Source: Candidatus Pseudoscillospira faecavium (GTDB lineage Bacteria > Bacillota > Clostridia > Oscillospirales > Oscillospiraceae). From it: 64,000 nt of DNA. The first letter of the stretch is position 1; the number at the start of each line of letters is the position of its first letter. Made by a program: the position numbers and the translations under genes. The stretch spans positions 948 to 64,947 of the forward strand of contig CAJFVV010000046.1 in the NCBI GenBank assembly GCA_904420565.1, in the 5' to 3' direction. Shown here piece after piece: positions 20,279-28,029 of the stretch. The notes beneath the pieces were generated by a model, which saw only the letters and a list, made by a program, of their open reading frames with translations, ran no database searches and was not told the DNA's origin.

Positions 20279-21783
20279 CCATGGAACATCTGAATGAACG
20301 GGAGCTTCTGGCCGCTGCCATGCAGGGCAGCCAGATTGCCTATCGGGAGCTGATTTCCCTGCATCAGGGCACAGTATACCGTTTCGCCTGGGCCCTGATT
20401 GGTGAAGAGCACGCCCAGGAAGTGACAGAAAATGCCTTCATCACCACATGGCGGCAGCTGGATTATCTGAAATCCCTGCACATGTCATTTCAGGAACGCC
20501 TGCTGCAGCTGGTGTGCATTGACTGCAGCGCCATTGCAAAACGGCAGCGCCGGCACCGGGTCAATATGCCCGGCGCCCAGGATACGGATGCTTTGAATTT
20601 CCCCTTCTCTCCCATGCGCTATGATCCCCGCAGCAATATGGAACATATTGCCCTGCAAAGTGACATTGAGGAGGCGATTCACAGCCTGCCCTTCCATTTC
20701 CGGCAGATTCTGCTGCTGCACGAGATCGGCAACCTGGCAGATACACAGATTGCTGATATCACCGGCGACAGTGCTCATACCGTCCATACAGACTTGATTC
20801 GCGCCTGCGGCTTTGTGCGCCGCCAAATCATCCTGGGCGGCGGGTTCTTTCCTCTGGAAGAAAGGGAAACAGCAGGCAAGCGCGATCGCAGCACACCGCA
20901 GTATCGCGCCTGTCAAACTTATCTTCCCACGCTGGCCGCAGCGGCAGATGACCTGTGCACCAATGCAGAAAAGCAAATTTTATTGGCGCATTTCGCCAAA
21001 TGCCCCGGCTGCCAGGGATATTACAACTCCCTGCGCGCCATTCATCACGGCATTGCTGTGATGAAACACGATGCCCCCAGCGATATGGCTTCTTACATTA
21101 TCCGGCGGATTCAGCAGGAAGACGGCGCGCCTGCCGAAGGCGTGAAGAAAAGCTCTGCACAGCGCCGCCGATTTCGTCCAGCTTTTGGCCGCTTTACGAT
21201 CATCGCCCTGTGCATTGCGCTTCTGCTTCTGGCATATTCCAACGGTATTGCCGAACGCTTCGGGCTGCCTGGCGCAGCGCCGCAGCAGGAGCAGCAGCAA
21301 ACACTGGAGCCGGATACACCCGAAAACGAGCCTGCGGTTACACCGGAACCAGAACCCGCTGCACCGCCGGAAAATGATTCAAATGATTCACAGGAACCCC
21401 CGTCTTCTTCTCAGGAAGATCCGTCTCAGCAATCTGACACCGAATCAGGAGATGACACTGCAACCGATTCCAATGGTTCCTCTGTTGTTCCTGGTGGGAG
21501 CACGAGTTCCACCCTGATCCCGGAAGGTGAGCATTACACAGCCATTTACACAGTGGATGCCGCCGGGAGCACTTTACTCAGTCAATTCTCCTCTGCCTCT
21601 TTCAGCGCCACACTGTCCGATGGTGCTTCGGCAGTGTATTATGTGGTTCCCAGCAGCCGCAGCAGCGAACTGCAAACCGCACTGGAAGAAGCCACAATTT
21701 CTTACATATCTTATACAGGAGAAACTTCTTCTCTTGATGAAAGTGCGGAAAATGCTTTGTATATTATCCTTTCCACCACTTAA
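20275..21783 (+). CDS. Fused ECF sigma-like (r2+r4) / zinc-finger anti-sigma / transmembrane protein
   Basis: ATGA overlap with the dusB stop, GGAGG RBS; region-4-like AIHSLPFHFRQILLLHEI..IADITG; HFAKCPGC ZAS motif; TM FTIIALCIALLLLAY; acidic linker and C-terminal domain. Confidence 0.75.
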   Translation: MTMEHLNERELLAAAMQGSQIAYRELISLHQGTVYRFAWALIGEEHAQEVTENAFITTWRQLDYLKSLHMSFQERLLQLVCIDCSAIAKRQRRHRVNMPGAQDTDALNFPFSPMRYDPRSNMEHIALQSDIEEAIHSLPFHFRQILLLHEIGNLADTQIADITGDSAHTVHTDLIRACGFVRRQIILGGGFFPLEERETAGKRDRSTPQYRACQTYLPTLAAAADDLCTNAEKQILLAHFAKCPGCQGYYNSLRAIHHGIAVMKHDAPSDMASYIIRRIQQEDGAPAEGVKKSSAQRRRFRPAFGRFTIIALCIALLLLAYSNGIAERFGLPGAAPQQEQQQTLEPDTPENEPAVTPEPEPAAPPENDSNDSQEPPSSSQEDPSQQSDTESGDDTATDSNGSSVVPGGSTSSTLIPEGEHYTAIYTVDAAGSTLLSQFSSASFSATLSDGASAVYYVVPSSRSSELQTALEEATISYISYTGETSSLDESAENALYIILSTT

Positions 21784-21944
21784 AAACACAGGAGGCTGCC
21801 GGTTGTAAACCGGCAGCCTCCCGCATTTGTCCGGAGCAATCCGCCCGTGCATGGACAAATGATGTACAATCTCATATAATATGAAGAAACAATCAGGTTC
21901 TCCGGGCTTTCCTAAGACATCATACTGAAAGGGAGGGAGCTTCT

Positions 21945-22643
21945 ATGCTCGTGCTTTTGGATCCCCTGCGGGAGTTTACTTTGATGACAGTATTTTTGCG
22001 GCTTTTCCTGGCAGCATTGTTTGGCGCCTGCATCGGACTGGAGCGCGGCATGCGTCATCACGCAGCAGGCTTTCGCACTTATTCCATTGTCTGCATCGGC
22101 GCTGCATCGGTTATGCTGCTCAGCCAGTATTTGCTGCTCGCTTTCGGCAGCGGCGACCCTTCCCGCATGGGCGCACAGGTGATCAGCGGCATTGGCTTTC
22201 TCGGTGCAGGCACCATTTTAATCACCGGTCACAGCCGGGGACAACGCGTCAAAGGGCTGACCACTGCCGCCGGATTATGGAGTGCCGCATGCATGGGCCT
22301 TGCCATCGGCGCTGGATTTTATGAAGCCGCTGTGATGATTCTTCTGCTGCTTTTGGTTCTGATCGCCGGCCTGACTCATCTGGATGAAGCCCATATCAAA
22401 ACCGCCGCAGCAATGCAGGTTTATATTGAATATGACTCCTCCGATCTGCCTTTCAGCGATTTGCTGCTGATTATCCGCAGTGCCGGCTGGCATATGTCAA
22501 CCATCGAATTTCTCGCCAATGATCCTTCCAGACCGTATATGGTTCTGCTTGACCTCCGCCGGGACGGCCCCGGCATTACAAAAAGTGCCCTGCTGCAGCA
22601 GCTGCACGCTGTGGAAGGTGTCCTGTGCGCAGAAGATTTATAA
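21945..22643 (+). CDS. MgtC/SapB family membrane protein
   Basis: IGLERG..HAAGFRTY, DPSRMGAQVISGIGFLGAGTI, GLTTAAGLW. Confidence 0.92.
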   Translation: MLVLLDPLREFTLMTVFLRLFLAALFGACIGLERGMRHHAAGFRTYSIVCIGAASVMLLSQYLLLAFGSGDPSRMGAQVISGIGFLGAGTILITGHSRGQRVKGLTTAAGLWSAACMGLAIGAGFYEAAVMILLLLLVLIAGLTHLDEAHIKTAAAMQVYIEYDSSDLPFSDLLLIIRSAGWHMSTIEFLANDPSRPYMVLLDLRRDGPGITKSALLQQLHAVEGVLCAEDL

Positions 22644-22903
22644 ACAAAAAACACAGCCGTCTTTTATATGGGCAGCTGTGTTTTTTCAATTTTGCGCTTT
22701 ACCCATAGCCTGACACTGGTCGCAGATTCGCATAACCCGCTTTTCCGGTGCAGCAGTCACAAACGGCACGGTGCCGTTTGTGATTTCATCCATGGCTCCC
22801 GGAACGCCTGTCGTCACAATGAGACGGCTTTCTAAAAAAATCTTAAGGCTTCCCTATTGGAAATATGGTAGATTTTTCTGTTTTCCTGTGGTACAATAAA
22901 CCC

Positions 22904-22998
22904 GACAGGTTTCCACACCCTGTCCAAGCGCCGGTTATAATGCCGGCGTTCGTTCGGTGATGCAAAATCCGCCGTTCTCTAAACAAAAAATGGAAGGA
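22904..22998 (+). ncRNA. Candidate preQ1 class I-like riboswitch with inserted hairpins
   Basis: GACAGG-UUUCCACAC-CCUGUC stem-loop just after a TGnTACAAT -10; A-rich tail AAACAAAAAAUGGAAGGA can pair with the loop; upstream of queT. Confidence 0.6.
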
Positions 22999-23007
22999 AC
23001 TTGAAAA

Positions 23008-23529
23008 ATGAAAAACTATTCTGTCCGCCAACTGACCTTTGCCGCCGCTATCGGCGCGCTGTATGCCGTGCTCACCCTGGCCATCGCCCCTTTTGGCGGT
23101 GCTTACAGCCCGGTTCAATGCCGTGTTTCCGAGGCGCTGTGTGTGCTTCCGTTCTTTTTCCCTGAAGCAAAATGGGGATTATTTATCGGCTGTATTGTGG
23201 CAAATATCATCAGTCCCTATGGTTTACCAGATCTGGTGCTTGGTTCCCTGGCAACGCTTTTGGCTGCCTGCATCACCGCAAGGGTTCCGCGCAGGCTCAA
23301 ATGGCTTGCGCCCCTCCCTCCCGTGATCTCCAATGCTGTCATTGTCGGCGCGCTGCTGGCTTGGTATGGCGCCGGTTTCAGCCCGGCATTTCCGGCCCTG
23401 TATGCCTTCAATGCATTCACCGTAGGACTGGGCGAGCTGCTCTCCTGCTATGTATTGGGCGGCATACTGCTGACCATTATTCCGCGGATTCAATTTTTCC
23501 GCAGCAGAATCCCGGCGGACAGGCTGTGA
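23008..23529 (+). CDS. queT: Queuosine precursor ECF transporter S component
   Basis: AAAIGALYAVLT, VQCRVSEALCVLPFF, GLFIGCIVANI, DLVLGSLATL, PPVISNAVIVG. Confidence 0.9.
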   Translation: MKNYSVRQLTFAAAIGALYAVLTLAIAPFGGAYSPVQCRVSEALCVLPFFFPEAKWGLFIGCIVANIISPYGLPDLVLGSLATLLAACITARVPRRLKWLAPLPPVISNAVIVGALLAWYGAGFSPAFPALYAFNAFTVGLGELLSCYVLGGILLTIIPRIQFFRSRIPADRL

Positions 23530-23588
23530 CCCCATTCGGTGCACGGATTGCACTGAAATCAGAACAAGAACTGTGAGGTTTCATTTCT

Positions 23589-24458
23589 ATGAAAGTGAAA
23601 AAAGCTGTGATCCCCGCCGCGGGCCTTGGCACCCGTATGCTTCCCGTCACAAAAACAGTCCCCAAGGAAATGCTCCCTATGGTAGACCGCCCCGTGATGC
23701 AATACATTGTGGAAGAAGCGGTATCTGCCGGCATTGAAGACATCCTGATCATTACAAACCGCGGAAAAGATGTGATGGAAGATTACTTTGACTACGCCCC
23801 CGAACTGGAAGCAAAGCTGGCCCAGGCCGGCAAGGATGACCTGATTGAGCTGGTGCACAAGCCGGCAAACCTGGCCAATATTTTCTTTGTGCGCCAGAAG
23901 CAGACTCTGGGGCTGGGCCATGCCATTTACCAAGCGCGCAAATTCGTGGGTGACGAGCCTTTTGCCGTGCTGCTGGGTGACGATATCATCCGTGCAGAAC
24001 AGCCGGTCATCGGCCAGTTGATCCGTGCTGCAGAGAAATATGAGGCCTCTGCCATCGGCGTACAGCAGGTGAGCGACGAGGCCATCAGCCGCTATTCTTC
24101 CGTGGCAGTTTCCCCGCTGGAAGAGCGTGTGTTCAGCGTGTCCGATTTGAATGAAAAACCGACGCCCGCTGAAAAATTTTCCAATTATGCAATTTTGGGC
24201 CGCTATGTGCTGATGCCCGAAATTTTTGAGATTCTGGAGCACCAGACCCCCGGATACGGCGGGGAAATCCAGCTGACCGACGGCCTTGAGACCCTGTGCC
24301 ACAGAGAGCGCATGGTTGCTGTGGACTTTGAAGGCCGCCGGTATGACACCGGCAATCTCTGCGGTTTTCTGGAAGCCACGCTGGAAATCGCCCTGGATCA
24401 CCCGGAAACCGGCGCATGGCTGAAAAACTATATGAAAGAAAAGGCCGCGCAGTTTTAA
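23589..24458 (+). CDS. galU: UTP-glucose-1-phosphate uridylyltransferase
   Basis: KAVIPAAGLGTRMLP, PKEMLP, GLGHAI, LLGDD, GEIQLTDG. Confidence 0.96.
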   Translation: MKVKKAVIPAAGLGTRMLPVTKTVPKEMLPMVDRPVMQYIVEEAVSAGIEDILIITNRGKDVMEDYFDYAPELEAKLAQAGKDDLIELVHKPANLANIFFVRQKQTLGLGHAIYQARKFVGDEPFAVLLGDDIIRAEQPVIGQLIRAAEKYEASAIGVQQVSDEAISRYSSVAVSPLEERVFSVSDLNEKPTPAEKFSNYAILGRYVLMPEIFEILEHQTPGYGGEIQLTDGLETLCHRERMVAVDFEGRRYDTGNLCGFLEATLEIALDHPETGAWLKNYMKEKAAQF

Positions 24459-24500
24459 GTTGCAACAGGCAGCGGCTGCTGTCAAAAGTTTCCATCAAAC

Positions 24501-24543
24501 AAAAAAGCCCCGGAAAAGCCGAAATGCTTTTCCGGGGTTTTTG
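24501..24543. terminator. Bidirectional terminator
   Basis: AAAAAGCCCCGGAAAAGC-CGAAAT-GCTTTTCCGGGGTTTTT between convergent genes. Confidence 0.8.
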
Positions 24544-24562
24544 TCAACTGTATCCTGCAAAA

Positions 24563-25111
24563 TTATGCATTGACGCTGCTTTGCAGATTGGACAGCAGCA
24601 CAGAACCTGTGCTTCTGTTCAGTGTAAAGGCTGCCGTTGCGCGGTAAGTGTCGCCGCCGTAATGCCAGGCAAAGGCATGCTCTGCTTTGGTATTGGAAAG
24701 GCGTGTATTTTTCACGCCGCCCAACAGCAGACCGTCGGCCAAATCCGTGGTATACCAGTTCCATTTGCTGGTCTCCGCGAAGCTGTAATTCCCGGCGCTG
24801 CCGTTGATGGTAAAGCTCACATGCTGCACAAGCAGCAAATTGCCGCTTTGGTCATAGAGATAAATCGGATAGGAATCACCGGCTCTTGCTTCTGCGGAAA
24901 TCTCCGCCACATCATAGCTGTATACCGGCTCTCCGGCAGCAAAGGTATACGCCGTATCTCCATATACATAGGTTCCGACCACAGTGATCTGATCCGTCTG
25001 CGCCATACGCTCGAGATCGCTCTCCACCGCATAGGCCGGGGCAGCCATAGGAATTGCCATCAGGCAAACCAGCACAAATGCAGCGACTGTTTTTGTACAA
25101 AACTTTCTCAT
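24563..25111 (-). CDS. Secreted hypothetical protein
   Basis: AAAGGAG RBS; signal peptide ending APAYA; beta-rich mature region with no recognised family. Confidence 0.75.
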   Translation of the reverse strand: MRKFCTKTVAAFVLVCLMAIPMAAPAYAVESDLERMAQTDQITVVGTYVYGDTAYTFAAGEPVYSYDVAEISAEARAGDSYPIYLYDQSGNLLLVQHVSFTINGSAGNYSFAETSKWNWYTTDLADGLLLGGVKNTRLSNTKAEHAFAWHYGGDTYRATAAFTLNRSTGSVLLSNLQSSVNA

Positions 25112-25246
25112 TGCACGATCTCCTTTCTCATCTAAACAATCGTATAGTAACGATATCGTCCCGTTTTATTTTATGCGCATGCTACCATATTCCTGTAAAA
25201 TTCCCGTAAAATTTATACAAGAAGAGCGCCGGTGCGCTTTGTTGAA

Positions 25247-25320
25247 AGCGGCCTCCTCATCCCACAAAAGAGGCGATGGCATTGACCAGGCTTTCATTGC
25301 GGGTGGCGGAAATGTTGTTG
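25247..25320. repeat. 74-bp direct repeat, copy 1 (displaced 3' end of the DHHW gene; att-like)
   Basis: Matches 26604..26677 with 3 substitutions; on the minus strand encodes NNISATRNESLVNAIASFVG-stop. Confidence 0.9.
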
Positions 25321-25346
25321 TCACTGATTCTCACATACTGTATAAT
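25318..25346 (+). promoter_or_regulatory. SigA-like promoter straddling the repeat junction
   Basis: TTGTCA-17 bp-TATAAT; TTG comes from the repeat and TCA from the insert. Confidence 0.7.
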
Positions 25347-25377
25347 AATCGTGCAAAACGAAGGAGGCAATAACACT

Positions 25378-26556
25378 ATGAGGATCAAACGATTGGCAGC
25401 AACACTGCTGCTGACTGCCACAGTCTTTTCCATCGCAGCAGGAAGCACCACAGCCATGGCAGCATCCGCAACGGACCTGTACGATGAGATCCTGGCGAAC
25501 AATAAGGAGTTCATCGAGTTCCATGACAACGAGACCATTGGACTCCCTCTGGAGATTTCAGAAGAGGCAAGAAAACTGTCCAATGAGATCGTTGGAGACG
25601 AAACAGATCCCTACAAAAAGGCCCGGCTCATCTACGACTGGATGTCGGAGCACTCCACATACGGCTCCATGCCTATGACCACTTACTACGAAGAGGGCTA
25701 CACGGGCAACTGCCATACGTTTGCCCGTGAGTTCCAAAAGATGTGCTGGGCACAAAATATTCCATGCGTCTACTACTCCGGTAAGGCGTACAATCCGTAT
25801 ACACTGGAGCCGGCAGACCATGCCTGGAACGCTTTCTTTGCAGACGGGGAATGGCACCTTGTTGACGTTACAGGCGGCGTTACCGGAGCGAACCGGCAAG
25901 TCTTTTTCGACGCAAGCATTGAGCAGGCAACCCAGCCCTATGCAACAGCAAACCTCAAAGAATTCTGGAACATCGAAAACCGCGAGAAAGTGAATGCCTG
26001 GGCTGCGGATGATGTCACACAGGCTTTCGCCTACGGCCTGATCCCTTACACCTGCATCGATGACTGGAACAACAGTTTGACCAAGACCATCTGCACGGAC
26101 AACTGCTCCCGGAAGTCCTTCGCCCAGATGGCTGTGGCACTGCTGGAGGCCTATTACGGCAAGGGCATCGACGAAATCCTCACTGAAAAGGGCGCAACCA
26201 TCGGCTCCTTTACGGATACAGACGACCCCGCAGTGCTGGCAGCGAATGCTTTGGGTATCGTCAACGGCTATGGGAACGGCACTTTTGGACCGGAAAACTC
26301 CATCACCCGTCAGGAGGCTGCCGCTATTCTCGCCCGCACAGCGCAAGTGCTGGAACTTCCCCAGAACGGTGCTGATCTCTCAGCCTTTACCGACCATTCC
26401 CAGATCGGGACATGGGCCAGGGAGTCCGTAGCTGTCTGCAAGGAACTTGGCGTTATGCAGGGCACCAGTGACACCGCTTTCTCTCCCCTTGCCCCTTACA
26501 CAAGGGAGCAATGCATCGTGACCATCAAGCGTCTTTTTGAGACAGCGCGGGGCTGA
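25378..26556 (+). CDS. Secreted transglutaminase-like protein with C-terminal SLH domains
   Basis: Signal peptide; Cys-His-Asp motifs GNCHTFA, DHAWN, VDVT; SLH motifs GIVNGYGNGTFGPENSITRQEAA and GVMQGTSDTAFSPLAPYTREQ; AGGAGG RBS. Confidence 0.88.
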   Translation: MRIKRLAATLLLTATVFSIAAGSTTAMAASATDLYDEILANNKEFIEFHDNETIGLPLEISEEARKLSNEIVGDETDPYKKARLIYDWMSEHSTYGSMPMTTYYEEGYTGNCHTFAREFQKMCWAQNIPCVYYSGKAYNPYTLEPADHAWNAFFADGEWHLVDVTGGVTGANRQVFFDASIEQATQPYATANLKEFWNIENREKVNAWAADDVTQAFAYGLIPYTCIDDWNNSLTKTICTDNCSRKSFAQMAVALLEAYYGKGIDEILTEKGATIGSFTDTDDPAVLAANALGIVNGYGNGTFGPENSITRQEAAAILARTAQVLELPQNGADLSAFTDHSQIGTWARESVAVCKELGVMQGTSDTAFSPLAPYTREQCIVTIKRLFETARG

Positions 26557-26603
26557 TCGCCCCGCGCTGTCCCGCTTTTCCTCGGTATTCCTTGTTTTAT
26601 GAT

Positions 26604-26677
26604 AGCGGCCTTCTTATCCCACAAAAGAGGCGATGGCATTGACCAAGCTTTCATTGCGGGTGGCGGAAATGTTGTTG
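26604..26677. repeat. 74-bp direct repeat, copy 2 (current 3' end of the DHHW gene)
   Basis: Matches 25247..25320. Confidence 0.9.
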
Positions 26678-28011
26678 AGGAACAGCACATCTTTCGCTCC
26701 GGTGCTATCCACCAGCGCGGTCAATTTTTCGCTTTTGACCTTGCTGATATAGCGGTAGTCCACTACATAAATCTTGTCGTAGTTGGGCACCAGGAACGGC
26801 ACAAAGGCATTGCCGAAGGATTCCTTCACCACAATGCAGGCAGTACCGTCATTGACATTGGGGTTGTCAATGACCGACCAGGGGTTATCGCCGCCGATGA
26901 AGCACGAGTATTTCGACGAAGAATTCCATGTACTCACATCGGAAACCACCATCCAGTTCAGCAGGCTGCCGTCATTCTGGGTAATGGCAATGCTGTTGGT
27001 GTCGTTTGGCACATAGGCAACCACAGTGTCACCCCCTGCAAGAGCCGGCTTTTTGCCGGACTCACTGTAAAACGACCCCAGGAATCCGGGATATTCCACC
27101 TTTTTGAACTCCGTATCCAGATCCGCAGGCGTAATGCCCTTGGCCTCACAGTAATCCTCGTAAGCATAATAGGCGCCCAAAGCCGTCCAGTGATGGTCTG
27201 TCTTAAAGAAAATATATTCATCCCGGTGGTTGCGCAAATTGTCATATACATCCACCTTTTTCACACTGTCAGACATGGAACCGTACATATAATCCATGGC
27301 TTTGCGCTGATCGGAGGAATTCACATTCTGCCGCACAGATGCCGGCAGGGTGATATCCATGCTGGTGGGCACAATCATATCATAAACCGTCGCCTTTCCA
27401 GCAAGCAGCGAAGCCGCACGGTTGATGGCTGCAGCATAGGAATCCGCCGTTTTCTGAGAGAAATTATAATATTCATAGGCAGTATCGCCGGCAATCAGAA
27501 TCGCTCCCAGACTCTCCACCGGTACATCCGTCATATCCGGCTCTTCAATCTCATGCTCCTGCTCATCCGGCTCCTCTGTCGACGGCGTCGTTTCGCCTTC
27601 CTGATCAGAGGATTCTTCCGGCGGCGCGGCAGGCTGATCCGGAATGTCATCGCCCTGCTCCACATTGCCGTGAACTGTGGTGTTGGAGAAAGACAGCATG
27701 GATTTCAGCTGTGTATTCATGGATACATATACATCGCGGAAAGGGAATGTATCCGCAAACCAAGTGTTGATATCGTCAAAATAATCCCCTGTTGTCAACG
27801 CCTGCAAACTGAAAGCCGGGAACTTTGCCAAGTCGCGCTTTTCCGCCTCTGAGGTCGTAGGGTGCAGCGGGATAATCCAGGAAATCACTGCCAAAATCAT
27901 CAGCGCACCAAAGAATACGCCGATCTGGATACTGCGGTAGCCGCCGGCGTGCTTGCGCCGCATCGGTCTGTTTTCGCTCTGCTCCCGCACATAAGATGTC
28001 TGTTTGTTCAA
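26614..28011 (-). CDS. DHHW-family (AlgJ/AlgX-like) extracellular O-acetyltransferase
   Basis: N-terminal TM, SEAEKRDLA, FKTDHHWTALGAY, KESFGNAF; downstream of an MBOAT gene. Confidence 0.85.
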   Translation of the reverse strand: MNKQTSYVREQSENRPMRRKHAGGYRSIQIGVFFGALMILAVISWIIPLHPTTSEAEKRDLAKFPAFSLQALTTGDYFDDINTWFADTFPFRDVYVSMNTQLKSMLSFSNTTVHGNVEQGDDIPDQPAAPPEESSDQEGETTPSTEEPDEQEHEIEEPDMTDVPVESLGAILIAGDTAYEYYNFSQKTADSYAAAINRAASLLAGKATVYDMIVPTSMDITLPASVRQNVNSSDQRKAMDYMYGSMSDSVKKVDVYDNLRNHRDEYIFFKTDHHWTALGAYYAYEDYCEAKGITPADLDTEFKKVEYPGFLGSFYSESGKKPALAGGDTVVAYVPNDTNSIAITQNDGSLLNWMVVSDVSTWNSSSKYSCFIGGDNPWSVIDNPNVNDGTACIVVKESFGNAFVPFLVPNYDKIYVVDYRYISKVKSEKLTALVDSTGAKDVLFLNNISATRNESLVNAIASFVG

Positions 28012-28029
28012 AATTTACGCCCTCCTCTC

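Larger units (their letters stand above)
25321..26677. mobile_element. Integrase-less single-gene cassette flanked by att-like direct repeats
   Basis: 1357-bp unit bounded by the 74-bp repeats; contains one gene with its promoter and terminator. Confidence 0.6.

Noticed and set aside
25257-25583. 108-aa minus-strand ORF ending with the same C-terminus as the DHHW protein
   Set aside because: By-product of the duplicated gene end plus the antisense frame of the SLH gene; not a real gene.
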